In this document: in pieces, positions 53,443-64,000 of the stretch | Numbering within the stretch: position 1 is the stretch's first letter | Layout: each line of letters starts with the position of its first letter | Source: the human T2T-CHM13v2.0 reference genome, Homo sapiens | Reading direction: 5' to 3' (one strand) | Length of the DNA: 64,000 bases | NCBI RefSeq assembly: GCF_009914755.1 | Contig: NC_060925.1 | Program-made: the position numbers and the translations under genes | The notes under the pieces: generated by a model | What the model saw: the letters and a program-made list of their open reading frames with translations, nothing else | Databases searched by the model: none | What the model was told of the DNA's origin: nothing

Positions 53443-54907
53443 CCATATCATTATAAGTTTTCATATATATCATAAAATAACATAATTGGAATTTATCCTA
53501 ATTTACATATCTAATTTCCAATTTTGGATAATTTAGATTATGCCAATGTTTTAACTAATTTAAATAATCCCATGTTGGACATCTTTGTATATAAAGTCTT
53601 TTTCATATTTATAATTTCACATTTTCTTTAGTCAGGATTAACTTTCTGTAGTAATTTAAGGCTTTTTATACATATTGTTGAAAAGCTTTACAAAATGTTT
53701 GCACCAGTTCTTGGCATTCTGTCTTTTTAAACACTGTACTGTAGTGTGTAGACCCCATACCTGCTTCGTAAATGAAGGAAGCAGACAACCTGAGCAAATC
53801 AAAATGAAACTCTGCCAGACTAAATTTTATGCATTTCATCTAAGAAAAAAACTGCCTTGATATGTGTTTCAATGTGTTTGAAAAGTATAAAAGAATAAAA
53901 CCTTATATAAAAGAGGCATTAATATTATATAACAGTTGTATATAAATGGGTTTTTCTTATATTTACAAAGGTGAATGCTCTGGTGAGGGATTGCAGATGC
54001 ATTAATTTGATTAAAAGACTTAAACAGAATCACAGTTTTTGTCTTGGGACAGATCTTGGGGCTCTTTTTGGTACATTCTACTGGTACAGGGTAGAAGGAT
54101 GGAATGGAAGTGTTGGATGACATGTACCTGGTGCATGGACCTTCAAGGGTGCTTTTCATATACTTCTCATTTCACTGTAATATTTAAATTATCGCATCAC
54201 TATTTCCATTTTACAGAGAAAGAAACTGAAGCATGGCCAAGTTAAATGCCTTGCCCAAGGTTGCAGCAACAGTTTATGGCATTTCAGGGATCCTAGCATC
54301 GGTCGGTTTGTCTGATTCCCACATCTCTGCACCACCTATGCCTCCTCATCTATACAAATTGGGAAAGTGATATGACTCATCCCATGCAGAGATGGGTCAA
54401 GAACCCAGTACCTCATGTCCTGTGCATTACATTGGAACTTTCAAGGAGATAGTTAAGACACAGTGAATGAAATTTAGCAAAGACAACCTTTATAGATATT
54501 TTGATTCACCAAGTGACACTGATGGTGTTGGATTGTTAACAGTTGGGTCACATGTTCCTCACCCAGTTTGGGGGATGAAGTCAACTTGAGGAAACTCCAA
54601 AAAGACCTTTATGATAATGAAGGATTTCCTCAAGGAAAGAATGCCTCAGGCAAGCAGTACTGTGAGGCCAAGCCATTTAAATACAGTCTCAAGTCCAAAA
54701 GATCTGTACTCAAATCCCAGCCCACTCTGCGCTAACCATAAGACCCTGGACAAGTTATTTAAACCTTTCTGTGTCTCAATTTCCCAGCTTAGAAATTGGT
54801 ATAAGGATGGTGTGTAACACATCAGGTTTTCAGGAAAATTAAATGAGACCAAAAATGCAGCCTCTGGCTCATATGTGTTAAGTGTTCATTAAATCAGACA
54901 AGTCTTA

Positions 54908-55358
54908 CATGAATAGACAATTCTCAAAAGAAGATACACAAATGGCCAACACACATATGAAAACATGCTTAACATCACTAATTATGAGGGAAATGTAAAT
55001 CAAAACCACAATGCGATACCACCTTACTCCTGCAAGAATGGACATAATCAAAAAATCAAAAAATAATAGATGTTGGCGTGGATGTGTTGAAAAGGGAACA
55101 CTTCTGCACTGCTGGTGGGAATGTGAGCTAGCCCAACCACTATGGAAAACAGTGTGGAGATTCCTTAAAGAACTAAAAGTAGAACTACCATTTGATCCAA
55201 CAATCCCACTACTGGGTATCTACCCAAAGGAAAATAAGTCATTATATGAAAAAATACTTGCTCACTCATGTTTATAGCAGCACAATTCACAATTGCAAAA
55301 CTGTGGAACCAACCCAAATGCCCATCAGTCAACAAGTGGATGAAGAAACTATGGCATA
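54908..55358 (+). mobile_element. L1PB1-like ORF2 C-terminal fragment, 5'- and 3'-truncated, flanked by 18-bp TSD
   Basis: ORF 55011-55277 ([18 protein letters not shown]). TSD taaatcaga(c/t)aagtctta at 54890-54907 and 55359-55376. No 3'UTR or poly(A). Confidence 0.9.
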
Positions 55359-55825
55359 TAAATCAGATAAGTCTTAGATTGCAATGATGTTGTAACTGGA
55401 TCCAATCACTTACTTACTCCCTTAGTGAACTTTATCCTGAATCTGTTTGCCACTTCTCTGCTGGTCCCTGCCTGTGTAAACACCATGACTCTGGGTTCTG
55501 CTCAGCAGACTGAAGGGAACACAACTATGATGATTCTCTATGCTGTACTTGGAGAAGGCTGGTTAGTCATAAGTTTTAAAGCAGGTCAGTATGGTGGATT
55601 TCCAGTCTGCCAGCCTCCTTTGCAGTGGGTTGGGACCGAGTGACGGCTTCTGGCAAATGAACTGTGAGTGGAAGTGACATGTATACTTCTGAGTCTGAGT
55701 GGTTAACAGCCAGTTAGGTGCCTCTCCTATCTGTCTCTTTTCTTGTTGAGGTAAAGCCACGTGTTCCAGGTGGTCTAGCTATAAGATAGACAATGCCTAT
55801 CTGTCACTGAGAATTCGGGGGTTAT

Positions 55826-55964
55826 TTGTTTTGTTGTTTGTTTTTGTAAAGACAAGGTCTTGCTATGTTTCCCAGGCTGGTCTTGAACTCCTGGCTTCAA
55901 GTGATCCTCCTACCTTGGTGTCTCAAAGTGCTTGGATTACAGGTGTGAGCCACACCGCCCGGGC
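55826..55964 (-). mobile_element. FLAM / Alu monomer inserted in an MLT1 LTR (about 55560-55990)
   Basis: Single Alu arm aggtcttgctatgtttcccaggctggtcttgaactcctgg... with a T-rich tail. Confidence 0.8.
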
Positions 55965-55997
55965 TCGAGTTACTTATTACTAAACAAAGATTCGGCA

Positions 55998-56361
55998 AGT
56001 GGTTCTCAAAGTGTGGTCCAAGAACCCCTAGGTGTTCCTAAGACACTTGTGTAGGGTTTGCTAAGTGAAAACCATTTTCATAATAATGCCATGATGTTGT
56101 TTACCTTTGCCACTCTCATTCCGTCATGATTATATAGCAGAGTTTTTCCAGATGATTTAAGATGTGTGATAATGTCATTTCTCTTACAGCTAATGACATG
56201 TATCCTTGTATATTCTTGTGTTAAAAATTGTTTCTGTTTAATTTCTAATGTGATAAATATTAATAGGTAGAACATATATAAACAAAAGTTCTTTGAGAGT
56301 CCACAATAACTTTTTTCAAAAATGTAATGGGATCTTGAGACCAAAATATTTGAGAACCACT
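55998..56361. mobile_element. hAT-Charlie MITE
   Basis: TIRs agtggttctcaaa (55998-56010) and tttgagaaccact (56349-56361). Confidence 0.8.
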
Positions 56362-57289
56362 AGATTAGTTAGTTCTACTTTGCCTAATACAGAAATTATA
56401 TGGGCAATTTGGAGTGGGATATAGTGATCCTAACCTCTTTTGGTTTAAATCAATTTTAAAATTAATTTTCAAAGCTTTTTTATGAGAGAAGTACAGAATA
56501 AAAAAATTAATGCATTTTAAATTCAATAAAGTTATTTTGGTGGGGCATACTGAAAGACATTGAGCATTGAAGGAATAGTTAGAAGATAAGTGTGGAATTT
56601 GAAAGCCTGGATCATAGAAAAATTAATGATACACAGAAGAAGAAATTGTATAGCAGGCACATTTTATTGCTGAGCATATTAGTCAAATGTCGGTTGATAA
56701 TTTCTACCCATAACATTAGCAAGAATTTTAGTGAATAAACTATGCAAAGGCATATAAGTTTAGAAGACTAGCTATGCTCTGTTTTTCCTAATTGTTAAAG
56801 CAAAGGGATTAAGATTTTATGAATACCTGTTTCCTGCTGTATATTTTATGCATATTACTAATAATTAGTAATCCTTACAACCCATAAAAATGAATTTTAA
56901 TTACAACTGCCATTTTATGGATGAAACTGACCTTCACAATCAGAATCAGAATTTTAAAATGAAAAACTTAAAAATTTAAAAAAATTAGAATTTAAACTTA
57001 GATTTTTTTTTTTGCTCCAATACCTTCACTTCTTCCATAATGCCAAGCTGACCTGATAAAATCAAGTCAGAAATAAACAGAGATTGAATTATCATGAAGG
57101 AACATGAGCATCGGAATTTTTCTGACATTTTGCTTTTCAACAATTTTCCCAAAATGCCATTTCTGCCTCCATATACCTTAGTTCAAGGTTTGGGCAGGGA
57201 TTTGTTGCTCATTACTCTTTCTTCAGATTCCATTCAAACATCTTCAGTGTTTTTTAATTGCCTGCAACCATTTAAGGCTCTTCTTTATT

Positions 57290-58790
57290 AATTCAGTCAC
57301 CAAGTATTTATTAAGTTCTTACTACCTAGGAGATACTGTTCTAGATGCTGGAGATACAAAATAAACAAAATCTACAAACATCTCTGCTCTCTTGGCGCTT
57401 ACATCAGAGAGGGAGCTGAGAATAAACAAGATAAATATACAGAATGCATGTGTCAGACAGTGATAAGGGCTAAGGAGAACAATGAGTCAGAGAAGGGGAT
57501 GTGTGGGAGTCAGGGGAGGGAGGGTGCCATTCTAGACACGCGGACCAGAGTAGGTCTCAATGGGAAGGCGACATGTCAAAAAAGGTGTAAGAAATTGAGG
57601 GAGCTGCATGGGTATCCACAGGGAAAGCCTCCAGGAAGAGCGAATGCTAGCCACGAAGGCTTCGAGGTGGAAGCTGCAGGGAAAACAAAGAGGCCACCCT
57701 TGGTTGAAGCTGAGTGAAGGAAAGCTCACTTAGCTTCCTTGTAAGGTCCTTGTAAGGATTTGGGCTTTCCTATGAGCAAGGTGGGTGCTGGTTTAGTATT
57801 TTGTGCTGAGGAAAGACATGATCTGCCTGGTGTTTTAACAGAACCATTCTGGTTCCTTTGTTGGGAATTCTGTGTACAGAGGGCAAGGGAAGAAGCAAAG
57901 AGACCTGGTAGGAAGATATTGAAGAAATCCAGGTGAGAGACGATGTGACACAGGCCAGAGTGATGGCAGCAAAGGCAATGATGAGAAATGGTCAAATTTT
58001 GGTTTTTAAAATAATTGTTTGTTGACATCAGAGAAAGAAAGGAGTCAAGAGTAACCTTAAGATTTTTGGTCTGAGCATCTGCAAGAAAATCAATTGTATG
58101 CAGAAGGGTGGAGGAGAAATAGGCTTGGTGGAGAGTACCAGGAACTCAGCTTTAGCATTTGCTGTAGACTGAATGTTTGTGTCTTCCCCAAATTACTGTG
58201 TTGAAATCCTAACTTTCAATGTGATGGTATTAAGAGGCAGGGCCTTTGGGAGGTAATTAGGTCATAAGGCCAGAGCCCTCATGAATAAGATTGATGCCCT
58301 TATTAAAGAGGCCCCAGAGAGACTCCTTGTCCCTTTCACTATGTGAGGACACAGTGAGAAGGCACTGTCTAAGAGGAAGTGGGCCCTCACCAGACACTGA
58401 ATGTGCCTTGATCTTGGACTTCTCAGCCTCCAGAACTGTGAGAAGTCAATTTCTGTTCTTTATAAGTCACCTGGTTTGTGGTATTATGTGACAGCATCCC
58501 AAATAGATCAAGATAATACTCTTAATTTTGTGATGCCCATTAGGCTTCTACGTATAGATGGCAATTGGATGTACAAGTCTTGAGTTCAGGGTATGCAGTG
58601 GAGACACAAATTTCAGAGTCATCTGAATAAAGATAGCATTTAAATCCACAAGAGTAGATGAGATCATAAAGGATGTGATTGTGAATAGAAAATGGAAGCT
58701 GTCCAAGGCCTGAGCTGTATTATTTAAAGGGGAGAAGAGGGAATGACCTGGAGAAGGAAAATCCGTCTAAAAAGGAGCAGCCAGTAAGGT
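57290..58790 (-). mobile_element. L2 fragment interrupted by MLT1A
   Basis: attcagtcaccaagtatttattaag 3' end, with antisense L2 body on both sides of the LTR. Confidence 0.75.
58160..58515 (+). mobile_element. MLT1A MaLR solo LTR
   Basis: tgctgtagactgaatgtttgtgtc...cttggacttctcagcctccagaactgtgag. Confidence 0.85.
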
Positions 58791-59009
58791 AACACTTCAA
58801 CTTATCTTTCTCATAATTTTGTTATTCCATCTACTCCTCCACAGTTTCCATGGGATCCACCCACATGGTTCAAATTGGTCACATCTTTTCTTGCCTTTAT
58901 ATCCTCTCTAATGGAATGCTTTATGTGTGGCATGATGCCAACTACTTTTTTCTGACATGACTTTGAACTGGTCCGTCTTCAAAGACCATTTTCAATGCCT
59001 TTCTTTTTA

Positions 59010-59850
59010 AAATTTTTTAAAATTTGAGGTTAAATATACATATGTAATTTACCGTCTTTATTATTTTTAGGTGTACAGTTGAGTGTTAATAAATACCTTT
59101 ATATTATTTTTCCCCTTCAACCCCTCCCACTTTCCAGCCTTTAGTAATCACCACTCTACTCTCTAGCTCCATGAGATCTACTTTTTAAGCTTCTGCATAT
59201 GAGTGAGAACCTGTGATATTTGTCTTTCTGTGCTTGGCTTATTTCACTGAACGTAATGGCCTCCAGTTCCATCCATTTTGCCACAGATGACAGGATTTCA
59301 TTCTTTTTATGGCTGAATAATATTTCATTTTGTATGATATGGTTTGGCTGTGTCCCCACCCAAACCTCATCTTGAATAGTAGTTCCCATAATCACCACGT
59401 GTCATGGCGGGGGACCCGGCAGGAAGTAATTGAATCATGGGGGTGGTTACCTTCATGCTGTTCTCGTGATAGTGAGTGAATTCTCATGAGATCTGATGGT
59501 TTTATAAGGGGATTTTCCCCACTTCGCTCCGCACTTCTCCTTCCTGCTGCCATGTGAAGGAGGATGTGTTCGTTTCCCTCTCTGCCATGATAGTAAGTTT
59601 CCTGAGGCCTCCCTAGCCATGCGAAACTGTGAGTCAGCTAAACCTCTTTATAAATCACCCAGTCTCCAGTATTTCTTCATAGTGCATGAGAATGGACCAA
59701 TTCATTGTATATGTACCGCATTTTCTTTATTCATCTATTGATGAGCACTTAGGTTGATTCCCTATTTCAGCTATTACGAATGGTGCTGTGATAAACACAG
59801 GAGTGCAGATATCTCTTTGATACATTCACTGCCTTTCTTATATCCCCCAA
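59010..59850 (-). mobile_element. L1MA 3' end, split by THE1
   Basis: catatgagtgagaac...ttcattctttttatggctgaataa | tatgtaccgcattttctttat is continuous across the THE1 insertion. Confidence 0.82.
59335..59704 (+). mobile_element. THE1C/D MaLR solo LTR
   Basis: tgatatggtttggctgtgtccccaccc...ca. Perfect 5-bp TSD ttgta at 59330-59334 and 59705-59709. Confidence 0.92.
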
Positions 59851-60073
59851 TTTTTCCCTTTTTTGTACCAACTGCTGCATTTTAAAAACAACTGATATAT
59901 AGCAATTCCACATACCTTTGTGTACATATTTGTTACTTATCTAAACAGTAAGCTTTTTTGTAGTTAAGGACTGTGCCACCTTGCAGAGTACCTTGCCTAC
60001 TTATTGAGAAAAAATAAATTTTGTTGAACAATCATTGGACAGATGTGGACAGGATGAAGATGCGAAGAAGCAG

Positions 60074-60878
60074 GATGTATGCAGGCCCAAAACAAATAAA
60101 TAAATGAATGTCTAAATAATAACTTCATTTGGATCTAAAAATTATGTGTTGCTGTGGAAACAGATTTGTCATTACATTCCTGTACTAATAGACAATATAA
60201 GTTGTGATCGATCTGCTTGTGGTATAGCATGGACCCCCACTGCTATACTGCCTTTTGATTTTTAAATTCTCCTTAAAATCTGGTAATTGAAAGAGAATTT
60301 TAAAAAACTGAAAATCAGACATGGCACTAGAATAATTTTAATAATATAGGAGATACAATCTAGTTATCCATAGACAAATACTTCCCTAATCTATTTATAA
60401 AATGAAATCATAAACATTTGACCTACTGTCCAAATTTCAGTTTGCAGATATGCATTTGCTTTGTTTGCAGGGTCCTGCACCCTCCTTTGGCAACAGGCCC
60501 CTCTGCTTCCTACAGTTTGGTCCAGGGCCATTTTACACATTTACTTTATCTATTGTAGGCAGTCCACTGGGTTTCTCAGCTCCATTTATGTATTATTAGC
60601 GTTCCACCATTTATGTGGAATACGTCAGAAATTAATAGTACCTTGGAGTTGTGCAATGCAATAGGCCATCCGTTTAGCTCCTGAAGACATTTGAATGTGT
60701 GACCTTTGTTTAAGTAAATAAATAACACATAATTATTTTAACTTTAAAAAAAAATCAAGTCCTACCATTACCTTGTAAATAATGTACCTTAAATGTTAAT
60801 TGGGTTAGGAAAACCACTAGAAATGAGGAATAGGAAGATTCTGACCAGATGTATGCAGGCCCAAAACAAATAAATAAA
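60074..60878 (+). repeat. 31-bp exact direct repeat (60074-60104 and 60848-60878)
   Basis: gatgtatgcaggcccaaaacaaataaataaa occurs twice, 774 bp apart. Confidence 0.93.
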
Positions 60879-62168
60879 AAAAGGCAAATATTGTAAAACT
60901 TCAAAACAGGCTTATTCAGGAATGAAAGTTTTACTTTTGATCTTCATTATTGACTGGCTTGATTGCCTTGTTTCTACTTTAGGTTCTTTCTTGCCCTGGA
61001 GACTCAATGATTTTATGTCTAGTGGTTCATAAGTCACAAAATATCTGGAATTAGGTGGTAAGTATTTTTCTTTCCATAGTGCAAGCCTATAAAACCTCAG
61101 CAGTTTGTATTTTGAGGCAATCAAAACTAAATGGAGTCCTGCATAATTTGCTTCCTCTTCCTAATGTTTCCATAAAAACAAAATACTATAGACGACCCCT
61201 GAAATATAGAGACCTTTTCCTTTCTGAATGTAAATGGAATGAAAATTAGCTTGAACAATCTCCCTACATCTATATATATATTTAAACATAAAAAATACCA
61301 CATTTCACTTTGCTCACGTACTATACAATGATTAGAAATTTTAAAAATATTTGAGTAGTTACTCTTTTTAAAGATAAAAAGCCAACAACAACAACAAAAA
61401 ACCTTTTGGATAACTTGAGATTTTTAGGGAACCAAACTAATGATAGATCATTACTATTGTGTAAACTCCCTTCAAAATATCTCTGAAAATGAAAGAGATG
61501 GGAGATAAAACCAGCAAAGCCTCAGAACTTTTTATTAAATCACCCATCTTTTCATTTCTACATCATATGAATAGTCAGCCCTTTTGCTGCTAGCACAAAA
61601 TGACCCTACAACGTTCACAATGGCTTTTCCTATCCTTTTATTATAAAAAATACCTCTCCTTCCTTTTCACCTTCTGGGAGACTTTTGGCCCTAGAACTTC
61701 TAGAAAACTTGAAAAAAAAAAAAGAATCTGAAGGAAGAATGGAAGCTGACTTTGCAGATCTGGCCATGGCTTGGGTGATAGGCTCTGACACTGAGTTAAG
61801 GAACATTATTTTGATGGGAGATGTTATTTTTAGAGCCAGACATGGTGCTTTAGAAGAGATGGAAACAGACAGCGCCTTTCTCCTAAAGTGTCGGCACTTT
61901 GATTTGTCCAGGACAACATTCATGCGAATGAGGCCTGGAGAGTGTAGCTGGCAGGCAAATCAGCATAATGAAGCTCCCAGCAGAAGGGGGCTTTCAGAAG
62001 CTAGTTGAAGATGAAGCTAGAAGGGCCTCAGGGTAGGAGATTATTCAAAAATTAAGAAGGCAGCTGAAAATAAGGCATAGAGAGCTGGGGAACCTAATGG
62101 AAGTTGCTCTGGGGAAATAAAAAAGACTGAGAAGGTCAGGTGTGACTACATATGAAAGAAAATAAGGT

Positions 62169-62335
62169 ACAAATACCTAATGCATGAGGGGCTTGAAACC
62201 TAGATGACGTGTTGATAGCTGCAGCAAACCACCATGGCACATGTATACCTGTGTAACAAACCTGCACATTCTGCACATGTATCCTGAGACTTAAGTAAAA
62301 TAAAAAAAAAAAATTTTAAGATGAAAAAAAAAGAA
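62169..62335 (+). mobile_element. Short 3' stub of L1PA8-10-like LINE-1
   Basis: aaatacctaatgcatg...aacctgcacattctgcacatgtatcc plus A tail. Approximate TSD aagaaaa..taagg. Confidence 0.85.
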
Positions 62336-63566
62336 AAAAGTAAGGACAAGGGTGAAAGTAAGAAAGGATTTAAAGAGACTGACAGCTGCAAGAGAAAGCC
62401 CAGTGGAATCAAATGACTTGGGAACATAAATGGCATATCCTGATTGAACTACTTGATGAGTGATGTCTATTTTCTAGAATTTTATGTTAGGCAGAGCAGG
62501 GATAATATAAATTAGGTTAACATGCATGCTCTCGGTTAGATATTAAGCAAAATAAGAACTCAGAACTTCTTATCTGCAAATAAAGTGACTGGTCAGGAGA
62601 GCATTAGGATTGTCTTCCAAGGTACAAACTCTGTATTATGAAGACCAAGAGGAGAATCTTTGTGGAAATGACTAGAATAAGCCTAATTTATTTATGAGTT
62701 AAATATCTAAAATATACACTAGTGAGAAAAAGATTGCTTATGAACTCACCAAAGTAAAAATGTTTTTGGAATAGTGATGAAGATTTTCCCATCTATATTT
62801 CAAAGAGTGATTGTTACTAGTTCCTGAGAAAAACTGGGAAGAAGCCAAAGGTAGAATAACGTAGGAGAAAGGCATAATTTTTAGTGTAGCAAGTAGATGT
62901 ATGATTTGGCTATTAGGGGAGAAATTGATAAAATTCAATCACCTGCCTATAACAGAAATAATAATGCAAACGGATTTAATTGGCTTAATTCAAAGGGTTC
63001 AAATGGATGCAGAATAACTGTAGAACACTTTCTAAAAGCAATAAATTTACCATAATTTCATACATTCACCAGAAGAATTTAAAATTAACTAAAATGTGAC
63101 CTTACAAGGCCTGAAAGTCCCATTATTCAATTTGCTTATTATAATGGTTAGAAATAATCCTTGTCTAAATAGATGATGGGGCTAGATGACATAGCCTATG
63201 GAGCCAATAAGTATCCTTTTAATTGCATAATGTCCAATGAAATATATTAGACCATTTGTGTTTGCAATGTGTTGAAACAATTTGATGTTATATTTGCAAA
63301 CTCATTGGCATTGGATGGTGTTTTTCCTTGTTTAAGAATGTTTCTAATAAAATTTCAGATTAAAAAGATAGAATTTAATACTAAAAATTTTAAGGGAAAG
63401 CTTTATACATAAGCTGATGAATATTTAATATTTGGATGCTACTCACATTGAGATATTGAGACATGGGAGGGAAAACACTTTCAATACTTCAGAATACAAC
63501 AGGAAAGTCTAATGACTATACTGCTAGAAAACATTTGAAATTTTTTAACATTATGAATTTTTAGGT

Positions 63567-63941
63567 TATGATGGTTAATACTGAGTGTCAACTTGATTGC
63601 ATTGAAGGATGCAAAATATTGTCCGTGGGTGTGTCTGTGAGGGTGTTGCTAAAGGAGATTAACATTTGAGTCAGTGGGCTGAGGAAGACAGACCCACCCA
63701 TAATCTGGGGGGCACAATCTAATCAGCTGCCAATGAATATAAGGCAGGCAGAAAAATGTGAAAAGGTGAGACTGGCCTAACCTTCCAGCCTACATCTTTC
63801 TCTTGCGCGGAATGCTTCCTGCCCTTGAACATCAGACTCCAAGTTCTTCAGTTTTGAGACTTGGACTGTCTCTCCTTGCTCCTCAAGCTTGCAGACAGCC
63901 TATTATGGGAACTTGTGATGGTGTAAGTTAATACTTAATAA
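63567..63941 (+). mobile_element. MLT2A1 (HERVL) LTR, 3'-truncated
   Basis: tgatggttaatactgagtgtcaacttgatt...aaaggagattaacatttgagtcagtgg. Similarity stops at atacttaataa. Confidence 0.88.
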
Positions 63942-64000
63942 TCAGTTGGGCCACCAAGCAGCTGGTTGGCTTCTGTTCATCTTCACTTTTTAATCTAGGA

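Noticed and set aside
61685-62008. 107-aa ORF with protein-like composition
   Set aside because: Non-ATG start, no recognisable homology and no splice or Kozak support. It is likely chance or a decayed LINE.

Overview
This is human (primate) non-coding genomic DNA, AT-rich and dominated by interspersed repeats: AluYa5, AluY, FLAM, L1PA/PB/M, L2, MIR, MaLR and ERVL LTRs, an ERVL pol remnant, and hAT/Tigger MITEs. No intact protein-coding gene, RNA gene, CRISPR or prokaryotic-type system is supported; the long ORFs are L1 or ERVL remnants or chance. The most interesting signal is a cluster of local sequence-copying scars. (i) A composite templated insertion at about 870-1294 is built from inverted copies of 1677-1898 and 7678-7860 plus iterated fold-back pieces. 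(ii) A second composite at about 46795-47187 joins a direct copy of 45343-45406, in which a (CA)n array arose, to an inverted copy of 46077-46340. (iii) An older colinear tandem duplication at about 1.3-6.6 kb is masked by later LTR insertions. Unusual retrotransposition products are also present: a twin-primed L1, a tail-less L1PB fragment with 18-bp TSDs, and an orphan poly(A). Several strong splice-site pairs (18-nt, 21-nt and 73-nt exon candidates) cannot be assigned to a gene. Repeat subfamily names are recognised from memory, and percent identities are hand counts.
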